A stretch of DNA of 64,000 nt from Minisyncoccota bacterium (GTDB lineage: Bacteria; Patescibacteriota; Minisyncoccia; Phycocordibacterales; UBA9973): NCBI GenBank assembly GCA_035299545.1, contig DATGWJ010000024.1:18150-82149 (forward strand). Reading direction: 5' to 3'. A program made the position numbers and the translations under genes. The number at the start of each line of letters is the position of its first letter. Position 1 is the stretch's first letter. Under the pieces are notes generated by a model, which was not told where the DNA came from, ran no database searches, and saw only the letters and a program-made list of their open reading frames with translations. Shown piece by piece: positions 49,479 to 59,398 of this stretch.

Positions 49479-51692
49479 CTAATCTGCTTCAAAAGCTCCT
49501 AAGTCTGGCGCACTGCCATTATACAGTAACCCCACATTTATACCTGTATTTATTAGATCTGAACCAGAAGCAAGATGACCAAAAGTAATATCTGGCAAAC
49601 TACCATCAGCTTTTCTTGGTCTAGTTAATTGAGAAGTATCTAAACTTATAAAGTCATTATCTGTAACATTATAAGCAGGATTAGTAATCGCCCATGGCCA
49701 AGATGAACCTGGAGCATGTTGAGCCTTCCAAGTATTATTACTTTCAGTATAATCCTCAGTATATATTTCTACTTCTACTTTATCTCCAATAGGACCTATA
49801 CCTCTACTTTTATATGAAATGTTATTTCTCAAAGTAGAAGCTTTGGCATCATAAAAACCAACATCATTATTATAAGCAAAATTATTATAAATTTTTCCTC
49901 CATTAGGCCAAACGTTATTATTATCATAACTGACTAGAAGATTATTAACAAATCCTTTTCCAACATTATCCGCAGCAATACTATTCTGAATTGTAACAAA
50001 ACTTTTTTCTCCCATAACATACTTAGGAACCAAATCTTTATTAATTCCTGTAACTTTAAAACCATTTCCTTCTATATCCCAAGCAGTAGATAAACCCTTG
50101 TATTTATCGGTAGACATAGCCCAACAATTTTTGAATGTCCTATATGCTTGGCCACTTGGATCAAACCCATCATCAGAATAATTCCAGGCTCTACACCCTT
50201 CCCACGACAAATTATTTCCATAATATCCATGAACTTTCCAACCATCGGCCGCATTACCAGGAAGCTGGGCATAACGATCGTAAAGATTATAAGCGTCACA
50301 GTTTATCCATTTTGTAGTATTTGATGAGAAAAGAGAACCTGGTCCATCAAAAGAATTCCAAGCGAAACTCCAATGGACAAATCCTCTTCCATCAATATCA
50401 TGAACGATCATATTTTCAAAAATAAAATTGGCTCCACTGGTTCCTATTCCAAAAGCTTCAGAATATGGTTTTGAATGACTAAAATCAGGAGGAGTTTGCT
50501 TTATATTTCTAACAGTTAATCCTTTAAAATAAATATATTCAGCATTATCTACTGCTATTCCACCATTCCATCGATTTTCATTTGGTCCAACAAGACTGCC
50601 ATCTAGGATTGGGAAGTTCCCTGCATTCCAATCTGGTGGATACGCATAATAACGTATTGGGGCCTGAGCTGTTCCACTAAATCCTTTATGATATCCCACA
50701 GGATCTATCACCATACCAATTGCTGTGTTAGTTCCATACAAATGTGTTGTTGGCTGATAAACCCCTCCTCTTATATAAGTTATATCTCCAGGATGTGATG
50801 CCTCAACTGCCCTTTGCCATGTTGCAAATGGTTGAGAGAATGTCCCAGGGTTACTATCATTACCATTAGTAGAAACGAAATATGTGTTCCCAGGAACTTG
50901 AAGTAAACAAGCTCCAGTTTCAGCAGAAAGATATTCTCCAGATTTACACCCTCCTGTTGCAACAGTTATACAAGTATTTCCACTAATCTGATACCCCGAA
51001 TTACAAGAAGATACACTACACGTACCCCAAGAACCCCAGCTACCATTGGTACAACTTCTTGATTGAGTACCTGAACCATTTGTGATAGTACAGGATTGAG
51101 TAGATGAACCTGAACAGGTCGTTGTAGTTGTTGTGTTTGATGAAGAACTTCCACCTCCACCACCTCCACCTCCTCCACTTGTCTTTTTGGTAGTAGAAGT
51201 ACTTGTACAAGAAGCTCCAGTTATGGTGCTGAATTTATTTGAGCCATTACAACCTAAAGTAGAAGATGTTGTAATACCCCCACTAGTAGTAGAAACACAT
51301 GATTTACCGGTTATAGTACTAAATAATGCGCCTGTAGAACATCCAGGATGCGAAGAAGAAGTGGCGGAATAGCTTGAAATTGTTATATTATTTGTCTGCG
51401 AACTTTCTAAAGCAGAACGAGTAAGGGGACCCACTTTCCCATCAGGCGTTAAACCAAGTAATTCTTGAAATGCTTGGATGGCTTGGATTGACTTTTTACC
51501 TAAGACCCCATCTATTACTAGATTAGGAGATGGAATCATTACAGTATTTAATACTGTTTGTATATTAATTCTTTCTTGTTTAGTATCTATTTTATCAGGA
51601 AAGGAGATGAGAGCATTTGATGTTAGAGGTAATACAAATATTGCAAAAAAATACAATACCAATTTACCCCAACTAAAGTTACTATTATTCAT
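49479..51692 (-). CDS. large secreted modular protein: the same N-module (PG-binding plus Cys-knot) fused to a right-handed beta-helix (pectin-lyase-like) domain
   Basis: The N-terminal ~100 aa are nearly identical to the upstream paralog. The C-terminal part carries parallel beta-helix repeats (GGIAVDNAEYIYFKGLTVRNI). Confidence 0.7.
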   Translation of the reverse strand: MNNSNFSWGKLVLYFFAIFVLPLTSNALISFPDKIDTKQERINIQTVLNTVMIPSPNLVIDGVLGKKSIQAIQAFQELLGLTPDGKVGPLTRSALESSQTNNITISSYSATSSSHPGCSTGALFSTITGKSCVSTTSGGITTSSTLGCNGSNKFSTITGASCTSTSTTKKTSGGGGGGGGGSSSSNTTTTTTCSGSSTQSCTITNGSGTQSRSCTNGSWGSWGTCSVSSCNSGYQISGNTCITVATGGCKSGEYLSAETGACLLQVPGNTYFVSTNGNDSNPGTFSQPFATWQRAVEASHPGDITYIRGGVYQPTTHLYGTNTAIGMVIDPVGYHKGFSGTAQAPIRYYAYPPDWNAGNFPILDGSLVGPNENRWNGGIAVDNAEYIYFKGLTVRNIKQTPPDFSHSKPYSEAFGIGTSGANFIFENMIVHDIDGRGFVHWSFAWNSFDGPGSLFSSNTTKWINCDAYNLYDRYAQLPGNAADGWKVHGYYGNNLSWEGCRAWNYSDDGFDPSGQAYRTFKNCWAMSTDKYKGLSTAWDIEGNGFKVTGINKDLVPKYVMGEKSFVTIQNSIAADNVGKGFVNNLLVSYDNNNVWPNGGKIYNNFAYNNDVGFYDAKASTLRNNISYKSRGIGPIGDKVEVEIYTEDYTESNNTWKAQHAPGSSWPWAITNPAYNVTDNDFISLDTSQLTRPRKADGSLPDITFGHLASGSDLINTGINVGLLYNGSAPDLGAFEAD

Positions 51693-51855
51693 ATTTTTTT
51701 TGTTAATGCCATTAATAATATTATTATACTACGATGTAAATAATAAATATAGTATAAAAAGCATAAATGCAACTATCAATACTATTTATCATATAAATTA
51801 ATATGTGATATATTTAATTTATTTAATGGGTTAAAATTCATTAAATTGACAAATT

Positions 51856-52302
51856 ATGACAACATACATAGACAACAGAAAAGCACACTTCAACTACACA
51901 ATAGAAGAAACATTTGAGGCAGGAATTGAGCTATATGGATTTGAGGTGAAATCAATAAAAAAGGGTTCTGGAAACATAAACTCGGCTTTTTGTATTGTGC
52001 GTGGAGGAGAAGCGTATATTATCGGAATGAATATTCCTCCTTATCAGCCACACAACGTTGACCCTGCATATAATCCTGAAAGGAATCGCCGACTTCTTTT
52101 ATCTAAAAAAGAAATAAAAAAACTTGGAGAAAAAGATGATACTAAAGGCTTGACACTTGTGCCTGTATCACTGTATAGTAAGGGACGCTACATCAAAGTC
52201 TCTGTGGCAGTAGCACGAGGTAAGAAAACTTTTGACAAAAGAGAAACAATCAAAAAACGTGACCTCGACAGAGAAATGGAAAGAGAGTATAAGATTAATT
52301 AA
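51856..52302 (+). CDS. smpB: SsrA-binding protein
   Basis: 148 aa with canonical SmpB N-terminus HFNYTIEETFEAGIEL.GFEVKSI. Confidence 0.9.
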   Translation: MTTYIDNRKAHFNYTIEETFEAGIELYGFEVKSIKKGSGNINSAFCIVRGGEAYIIGMNIPPYQPHNVDPAYNPERNRRLLLSKKEIKKLGEKDDTKGLTLVPVSLYSKGRYIKVSVAVARGKKTFDKRETIKKRDLDREMEREYKIN

Positions 52303-52403
52303 TAATTAACAATTACTGATTACTAATTTGAATTCATCTGGATTTAATTAGTCATTGGTAATCAGTAATTAGTAATTGAAATTTTTCTTTAAAAATTTCA
52401 TAG

Positions 52404-52815
52404 GGGGATGATCGGCTTCGACAAACTGAATCATCTTATATATGCATGTAAAGTACCCAGGAATCTTTTAAAACTTCTTGGAAATGACTAAGTGCAAACA
52501 AAGTCGCTTCAGTGAAGTCTCCATATTTTGGAAACTTAGCTCTCGCATTCGCCTAACTTTAGGCCAAGCGAGTGTCCGCTTTCTAGACATCCGATATAGA
52601 ATGCGGGCATAATTTATCGGGTTAAGATTTTACAACAGCTTGATGTAAAATCCGACAACTCACCCTCGCCTATTTCAGGCGGGGTAAAAAGCTCGGTGTT
52701 TATCTTTCTTGTATGTTCTCTAGGATAAACATTTAAACCCAATCGAACATAACAAACATGTAGATGTATCTAAGAGTTCCCTTTGCACGCGGGTTCGATT
52801 CCCGCCATCTCCACA
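52404..52815 (+). ncRNA. ssrA: tmRNA (SsrA)
   Basis: 5' GGGGATGATCGGCTTCGAC and 3' GCGGGTTCGATTCCCGCCATCTCCACA form a tRNA-like domain. An internal ORF ends ...GNLALAFA-TAA. A predicted tag ANKVASVKSPYFGNLALAFA resumes at GCA. Confidence 0.85.
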
Positions 52816-52856
52816 ATTAAAAAACCTCTCAGCAATGAGAGGTTTTTTAATTGTGG
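52793..52856 (+). terminator. 22-bp perfect palindrome overlapping the tmRNA 3' end
   Basis: CTCCACAATTAAAAAACCTCTC-AGCAAT-GAGAGGTTTTTTAATTGTGGAG. Confidence 0.6.
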
Positions 52857-53093
52857 AGATGAGCAAAGTATCTGCATACTTTGCGTGCGGAAATCGAAAA
52901 GCGGAGCTATGTTTTTTGAGTACAAAAAACAAGCGAGCTAGGGTCGTGAAAATTTGCTTTTGACGAAAAGCAAATTATTCCTGACCGATGAACCCGGAAT
53001 CGAAAGCGGTACTCCGCGGTCCCGCTCCCCCTTGACTTCCCTCTGGAATATTCTAATATATTAAGAAATTCGTCGACCCTAAAAACAAAGCAG

Positions 53094-53306
53094 ATGGCAA
53101 ACTTCTATAAGAACTTCGCGACCGAAGAAGATTTGAAAAATGCAATCGGAAGATTATCTTATGAATGCAATTCCCCTACAGCACATTTTGTGCGAGTCAA
53201 CCAGGAAATAGGAGAATGTTTAACTTCACAGAAGGGAAACATTGTTACTTTTTCTTTCTGGACTGAAGATGGGAAAGTTGAGGTGAGTTTTAACCTTAGT
53301 GAATAA
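53094..53306 (+). CDS. small hypothetical protein (70 aa)
   Basis: ORF followed by a strong terminator at 53327..53365 (GCCCCCGACCTATGTCAGGGGCTTTTTT). Confidence 0.35.
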   Translation: MANFYKNFATEEDLKNAIGRLSYECNSPTAHFVRVNQEIGECLTSQKGNIVTFSFWTEDGKVEVSFNLSE

Positions 53307-53441
53307 TTAATTCAACCTGGAAAATCTGCCCCCGACCTATGTCAGGGGCTTTTTTATTGCTATTTTTTCATAACTATTTACCCCCTTGACTTTTACCCTA
53401 AAATATGCTATCATTCACTAAATTATTAAATTCTTAAAATC

Positions 53442-53687
53442 ATGCAAATAAAGCCAGAAAAAGTTTTATTCTTGTGGGGAATCTTTTTTCTTATATTAAC
53501 AGTCGGAATACTTCTGTTACTGGTGATGTTTACTTCACTAGAAACGATAAGAGTGATGCTTGCTTCGATACTTTCAATCGGTGCCGCATGTGTATTTTTT
53601 ATTTTATCAATCATTTACGGTAAAATTGTAAAAATTGAAGAAAAAACTGAGACCACTGAGAAAAACAAATCAAGTGCACAGGTATAA
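53442..53687 (+). CDS. small membrane protein (81 aa)
   Basis: Two TM helices. A terminator follows at 53709..53737. Confidence 0.4.
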   Translation: MQIKPEKVLFLWGIFFLILTVGILLLLVMFTSLETIRVMLASILSIGAACVFFILSIIYGKIVKIEEKTETTEKNKSSAQV

Positions 53688-53738
53688 CGATTAATTACCC
53701 AACATTAAAAGGCCCCGTATAACGAGGCCTTTTTTCTT

Positions 53739-54200
53739 TTACGGAAAAAGATTAGATCCTTCGATTTGTCTTTTTACATTTTCAAGTTCTTCTTTCGAAA
53801 GATTATGGAGAGTTTTAGCAAGAGAGATAGCCCTCTCTTTACTATCCAACAAAGAAGTAAAACCTCCCCTGTAATATATCCTACCATGTTTCATCTCACA
53901 GTTACATGTTTTGAAAAGAGCGACGTTTTTATTTGGATCAGAAAAAGAAATGAAAGATAGAAGCTCTATTAGTGCAGTAAAACCCTTACTTGATTTTTTA
54001 TAACCAGCAACATGATTACTCATATAATCATTATCCGGTAATACTTCTGAATCACGAAGCTGATTTGCTAATAGATTGAATTCTTCCTTATTTATTATCC
54101 TCTTGTAAGCCATATCCATAAGAAGACGTAACCCTTCTTCTTTGGATGTTATTGGATATTGACTCCAATAATCTTCAACCACCAAGTTTTTTGTATCCAT
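53739..54200 (-). CDS. hypothetical protein
   Basis: 153-aa ORF. Confidence 0.4.
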   Translation of the reverse strand: MDTKNLVVEDYWSQYPITSKEEGLRLLMDMAYKRIINKEEFNLLANQLRDSEVLPDNDYMSNHVAGYKKSSKGFTALIELLSFISFSDPNKNVALFKTCNCEMKHGRIYYRGGFTSLLDSKERAISLAKTLHNLSKEELENVKRQIEGSNLFP

Positions 54201-54394
54201 ATGAAAATAGTTTTTATTGTAGTGTATTTAAATCTATCCTATCATACTTCCCAAGAATGACAACTATTCCCAATTAAATTCTTCTTTATATATTAATTAC
54301 CCTAAATAAGGTATAATCAGGGTAGTTCATTCGCAATTGTATAATCGTGACTGAAGAAATTTAACCAAACCTAAGTCACATCAAACCCAAAAAA

Positions 54395-54892
54395 ATGGAT
54401 GATGCTAAGTTAAGATTCCATATTGAAAGGAACATTATGGAATCAGAGGAATTTAAAAGACAACTATCAGATAATAATTATCCTGATAGAGTTGTTAATG
54501 GGAACTTTATTGAATTTTCCGGAAAATTTTTTCCTTTTAGTACAAAATTTTTTATCCCGGAAAAATTTGAAAAGTATCTTGGCGAACAATCTAGTAGAGT
54601 AGAGCTTAGAATTTTCTCTATTAGAGAGGAAGAGATTGCGGAAATTTTACGAGAGTGTAAAGATTTCACTTTCTTATCACAAGAAATGGAAATAAGGTGG
54701 TATCAAGGCCCTCCGCATCTATTTAATCTCATTATTTCCAGTAAATGCTTCTCAGACATTCATAATGTTTATCAAGCATTTATACCTTACATCTTTCCAA
54801 GAAAAGTTTTTCCTATAAGTAATAACTATGTAAAGTACATTAGTTTATGGAAAAGAACTAAAAAAACAACTAGAAAAATCTTTAGTTCTTAA
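54395..54892 (+). CDS. hypothetical protein
   Basis: 165-aa ORF. Confidence 0.35.
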   Translation: MDDAKLRFHIERNIMESEEFKRQLSDNNYPDRVVNGNFIEFSGKFFPFSTKFFIPEKFEKYLGEQSSRVELRIFSIREEEIAEILRECKDFTFLSQEMEIRWYQGPPHLFNLIISSKCFSDIHNVYQAFIPYIFPRKVFPISNNYVKYISLWKRTKKTTRKIFSS

Positions 54893-54994
54893 AAAAATTA
54901 CCCACTAATAATTAATTATTAGTGGGTTTATTTATATCTTTTAAGCATCTATTTATCTTTTAAATCATTAGTGCTATTATTCTACTAAATATAG

Positions 54995-55255
54995 GTGACC
55001 CACCTTTCAGGGTTAAAAACTAAAGAAATGGAATCCCTTACTTTATATCAAAAAATACTGATTCTAATGGTCTATTTGGGAATTGGTTTCATCATAACTT
55101 TTAATTATGATATGACCTGTAATAAGGAAAAGCCACTAGGGCGCTTTGATAGATTCTTTTATGTTTTACTTTGGGGAATAGCTCTTATTTCTTACCTATG
55201 GGAGGGAAGAGAAAAAACTGTTCTTAATTTAAAAAGGAAACAAAAAACCCGCTAA
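54995..55255 (+). CDS. small membrane protein (86 aa)
   Basis: Two TM helices. A terminator follows at 55243..55283. Confidence 0.35.
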   Translation: MTHLSGLKTKEMESLTLYQKILILMVYLGIGFIITFNYDMTCNKEKPLGRFDRFFYVLLWGIALISYLWEGREKTVLNLKRKQKTR

Positions 55256-55299
55256 ACGAAGAAAACTCGTTTGCGGGTTTTCTTTTACTCAATTAAATA

Positions 55300-56214
55300 T
55301 TAGTGTAATTCTTCAACTTTGTAATCATTAAATAGAACATCCATAAAGTCTGTTCTTATTCCGGCTTTACCACTTGCATCTATAATACCACCAGAATCTA
55401 CACCATCATCAAGAGCAGACAAAGCAAGCTCCCATACCCCAGTATTACTGATATCTGTATAAAGATTTATTTCTACTTTTTTATCGAGAGTTGTTCGAAT
55501 TTCACTTTTTATTCCTATCCATGTCTCTTTGGGAATAAGATTTGGGGAAGTCAGACGATTATATTCTCCTGCTATTATTCTTTTTTCTGCGAGAGTATAG
55601 TAGACACCATTTTTCTTCTTTTTTATAACAACATGCCCATCGACACGAATCCCAGTATAATAAAGATTATCAGAATCAATATAACGACTAAATAATAAAA
55701 GTCCGTTTGATTCATTTCTATTTGAACTTTCACTTAAATTACTTGAAGTGACTTTGAAAAATGCTTGTTCAGAAAGATTATACCAACTACCCTTTGTAAT
55801 AAGACGAAAAATATTCTGAGGATGATAGCCGTTATCCGTATCTTCTTTATTAGCTCTAGAATATATTTTCCTCCATTTATCATCGGTAGGCAGTTCCCCT
55901 TGGATTGTCTTCCCTAATCCATCCTCAAGTATAAGTTTGCCTCCAGAGTTCACCCACCAGTAAGGACTTGTGCTTGTCATAATCGAACCTGACTCCTGGA
56001 GAACACCGACCGAATTAAATAAATAAGTGAATAGTGAATTATTTATTCTGTCTAAAACTTCATTCTGATTGTTTCTACTATTAATCACCATAGATGTAAG
56101 CCAGGTATAAGATATGGGATATCTAGATAAACGACTATTTAATAGAACACCAATAACTAATATTAGTGCTACTGCGATACTTATTTCTATATTTTTTTTA
56201 TTAAAAATTTTCAT
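55300..56214 (-). CDS. membrane-anchored hypothetical protein (third gene of the EPS operon)
   Basis: N-terminal TM IEISIAVALILVIGVLL. Co-directional with, and immediately downstream of, the deacetylase gene. Confidence 0.45.
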   Translation of the reverse strand: MKIFNKKNIEISIAVALILVIGVLLNSRLSRYPISYTWLTSMVINSRNNQNEVLDRINNSLFTYLFNSVGVLQESGSIMTSTSPYWWVNSGGKLILEDGLGKTIQGELPTDDKWRKIYSRANKEDTDNGYHPQNIFRLITKGSWYNLSEQAFFKVTSSNLSESSNRNESNGLLLFSRYIDSDNLYYTGIRVDGHVVIKKKKNGVYYTLAEKRIIAGEYNRLTSPNLIPKETWIGIKSEIRTTLDKKVEINLYTDISNTGVWELALSALDDGVDSGGIIDASGKAGIRTDFMDVLFNDYKVEELH

Positions 56215-56257
56215 TTAATATTGATTGTTATTACTTTTTAATTATACACAATAATCT

Positions 56258-57844
56258 TTATTTTTCCTGCACCGACATTTCAGAAAAAGTTATTGATCTC
56301 TCTTTTAAAACAGAATCCCATATACTCAAACCAATACCCCCATTTTTTATTTTATTAGAATGATTCATTTGAATAAGTTCTTTCCCGTTCTGATAACACG
56401 AAATCATCTTATCATCGACCGACATACCTAAAGTATTATTATTGAAAGCTATTTTATTATGATATTCTATCTGTTTTAGAACAGAAGAAATACCATTTAT
56501 TTTTTCAGAAATTTTTATATATGCGTTCGTAAAAGTACAAGATAGATTATCCTCTTCGTCTTTATATCTAGAATAAACTGTGACAGAATCTACCGCATCT
56601 CCTTTTATTTTTGTTTGGAAATTATAATTTGTCCACCCATAAGTTCCATCCAGAAACGCCCCTGAACCAGATTTCTCTAATGTAGTCGTAAGAATTAAAG
56701 ATGAATCTTCTTGGATAATATTCCCCCATATTCTTTTCCATATATTTAATTTACCAAACATATTATTATAGGGTAAAGTTTTTGGCTTGGTAGCTTCTAA
56801 AACATTTAATAATTTTGCTCCATCCCAATTGTTTTCAGGCTCTATTCTATGTAAATAATACATATTATTATTAGGATAATTGAATGTGTATTGATCATCA
56901 CTTAAAGAAACCTGTTTAAATGCCATGGCATAATTTTCTTTAACATATTTTAGAATAGTATCTATAGCATTCCCCCCATTATTTACTGACTGCTGACCAT
57001 AATCACTAAACGGGTACGCAAAGGAATTTATTGAAACATTGAAAGTTTTCTCTAATAAATTTTTTGATTGACCAAGCTCTGTTTTTACTCTATTGTCGTA
57101 TTCTTCATCACTTTCTACTCCTTCTTCATCTGAAATCCACATTTTATTACTCAAGAAGTTGGCTTTGATCCCGCTTTTAGAGATAGGAATAAATCCGCCA
57201 GTTTGTTGCACTGCATGTGAACCTAGTTCCCACCTACCTGACTTAATCATAGTCTTTAATAGACTAGTATTAAGGTAATAACCAGTCCCATTATTAGCTC
57301 TACTTAAAGTGCTTTCAGTTGGAGTAAACATTACAGCATTATAATCAAGTAATTTTAATACTGGATCCCCTCCTAGAAAACTATCAAGACGAGCATCATC
57401 AAATGTTAATAGAAAAGATTTTTCTGGTAAATTTTTCTTATTATTTAAGAAAAGATACAAATCATTCATTGTAATTGTTTTATATCCAGCCTTTCTTAAT
57501 GTGCTCATCTGCTCCAAGAACTGATCTTCTGTTATATTAAATCTGCCTGGTATTTCCGTGATGCCATGATACAGCAAAACAGGGATAGCAGAAGCATTGT
57601 TTGAATTACTGTCTTGGTTATTTAGAATATCTCCTAAAGCAAATTTATATCTAAGATAAGATATTTGTTGTGTTAATGCTTTATAAGAAAAATAAGGTTT
57701 ATCTCTTAAAAGAAAACCACTTAAAACTATTACAGCTATTAATAATATTATATATAAGATGAAAATTTTTTTTCTTTTTAAAATATAAGCTTTCATATAA
57801 TTAACGAGTTCCCCATTTTCTATTTTGAATTGATAATACGGCAT
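56258..57844 (-). CDS. membrane-anchored polysaccharide deacetylase (NodB-homology, PgaB-like)
   Basis: LLTFDDARLDSFLGG (TFDD motif) plus the conserved His context. Overlaps the GT2 gene. Confidence 0.65.
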   Translation of the reverse strand: MPYYQFKIENGELVNYMKAYILKRKKIFILYIILLIAVIVLSGFLLRDKPYFSYKALTQQISYLRYKFALGDILNNQDSNSNNASAIPVLLYHGITEIPGRFNITEDQFLEQMSTLRKAGYKTITMNDLYLFLNNKKNLPEKSFLLTFDDARLDSFLGGDPVLKLLDYNAVMFTPTESTLSRANNGTGYYLNTSLLKTMIKSGRWELGSHAVQQTGGFIPISKSGIKANFLSNKMWISDEEGVESDEEYDNRVKTELGQSKNLLEKTFNVSINSFAYPFSDYGQQSVNNGGNAIDTILKYVKENYAMAFKQVSLSDDQYTFNYPNNNMYYLHRIEPENNWDGAKLLNVLEATKPKTLPYNNMFGKLNIWKRIWGNIIQEDSSLILTTTLEKSGSGAFLDGTYGWTNYNFQTKIKGDAVDSVTVYSRYKDEEDNLSCTFTNAYIKISEKINGISSVLKQIEYHNKIAFNNNTLGMSVDDKMISCYQNGKELIQMNHSNKIKNGGIGLSIWDSVLKERSITFSEMSVQEK

Positions 57845-59135
57845 AAAAAAGTACGAAGGAGAGGATGAACATATTTAGTGTAGACCATGCGAAAACATAC
57901 GGCCAATATTTATTTTTTCTTTCAACAAATCTATAGAAAACCGTTACGAGAGCAGCAATAAGAAACACTCCCAAAAGATAATACCAAGGTGCAACTTGAT
58001 GAACTAAAGTATTATAAAATAATGCTTTTAGAGCCATAAACGGGGCAAGTATTGTAATGAAAATTAAGGGGAAAAAATATGTTAGAGCTACGAATAATTG
58101 TTTTTTGAGAATAAATTTGGATGCAAAAATAGAATTGACAAGCCATCCTTTTTTCCAACGAACTTGTTGTTTTAATAATTTTTTTAAAGTATTTGGACAT
58201 ATAGTAAAAGCTTTTGCTTTATTAGTATAAATTGTTTTACGGTCTAGTTTGATCACCCAATTAGTTAGAGCTCTGTCGTCTCCCCAAGTTACTGGTAAAG
58301 ATAAAAATTTCTCATTTATCCAGCTATCTAAAATTGGCACAACTAAACTCCTCCTATAAGCAGAAGAACATCCCGAGCAACAAAATACAGTAAAGAATGA
58401 TGACTCTGCCGCTTTAAGAACTCTAAAAGATACAAAGTAATATGCTGTTTGCATTTTGGTAAGAAAATTTTCATCCGCATTTTCAGGGTCAGCGTGAGCA
58501 CATACAGCTCCTATCTCTTCATTCCTAAAAGGATCTATAAGCTCTCGAAATGTTTCCGGAACTATGTAACTATCCGAATCAAGCTGAACAACTATCTCAC
58601 CGTTTGCTTTTTTAAACCCTTCATACATTGCATGTCTCTTACCTTTATTTTTTTTGAAATCAATAATAATAAGCTCGGGGAATTTCGTATTTTTAAGACG
58701 ATGAAGAACTTCATAGGTGTTGTCCGTACTTCCATCATTCACAACAATTACTTCCAATTTATTTCTGGGATAATCTGCTTCAAAACATTTAGTTATGGTT
58801 TTTTCTATGGCTTCTCCCTCGTTGTAACAAGGAATAACAAAAGAAGCTCTTGGTTCATAATCTTCCCTTCTTGCCACCAAAGATTCAGCGTGGGTTATGT
58901 GATGTTCATTATTATAAAATATTGCTGCTATCAGTCTAGATAATTCAAAAGTTGTAATTAATATTGTATAAGCAAAAAGTAACGGACCGGTATGATTTAT
59001 AACAGTGGCCTTAGATTTAATTAAAATTATCAAAAATAAAAAGAATAAACCAATAATTGCAAGACTTATATAATAAATATAATTCCCTACTATCCATCTT
59101 GCTGTTCTTCTCATTGTTTGTACTCCATTTTTCAT
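57801..59135 (-). CDS. processive family-2 glycosyltransferase (PgaC/IcaA/NodC-like synthase)
   Basis: Cytoplasmic GT-A core (VIPCYNEGE, VVNDGSTD, QLDSDS) and a QQVRWKKGW (QxxRW) motif, flanked by TM helices. Confidence 0.75.
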   Translation of the reverse strand: MKNGVQTMRRTARWIVGNYIYYISLAIIGLFFLFLIILIKSKATVINHTGPLLFAYTILITTFELSRLIAAIFYNNEHHITHAESLVARREDYEPRASFVIPCYNEGEAIEKTITKCFEADYPRNKLEVIVVNDGSTDNTYEVLHRLKNTKFPELIIIDFKKNKGKRHAMYEGFKKANGEIVVQLDSDSYIVPETFRELIDPFRNEEIGAVCAHADPENADENFLTKMQTAYYFVSFRVLKAAESSFFTVFCCSGCSSAYRRSLVVPILDSWINEKFLSLPVTWGDDRALTNWVIKLDRKTIYTNKAKAFTICPNTLKKLLKQQVRWKKGWLVNSIFASKFILKKQLFVALTYFFPLIFITILAPFMALKALFYNTLVHQVAPWYYLLGVFLIAALVTVFYRFVERKNKYWPYVFAWSTLNMFILSFVLFYAVLSIQNRKWGTR

Positions 59136-59398
59136 AGTTGAGAGACATAAAAAGCTACTTATGCATTAATTAATCTAATAATAAAGCTTGTGTTCTTCTT
59201 ACTCTGCGATTATGAAATTTTGAGATAAACTAGCATCGAATATCTAGTTGGTTGTCTATATAGATTATAGACAACATCGGACTTTAATTGTAACATATCT
59301 GTCCCAATGTCCCTAAGATATAAATCTGCATTATATAGTAGTAAAATAATAGCTTTTTGTAATAACCTTATAAAATCATTTTGTGCTAGAATATCATT

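Noticed and set aside
52720-52932. 70-aa minus-strand ORF
   Set aside because: It overlaps the 3' tRNA-like domain and terminator palindrome of tmRNA.
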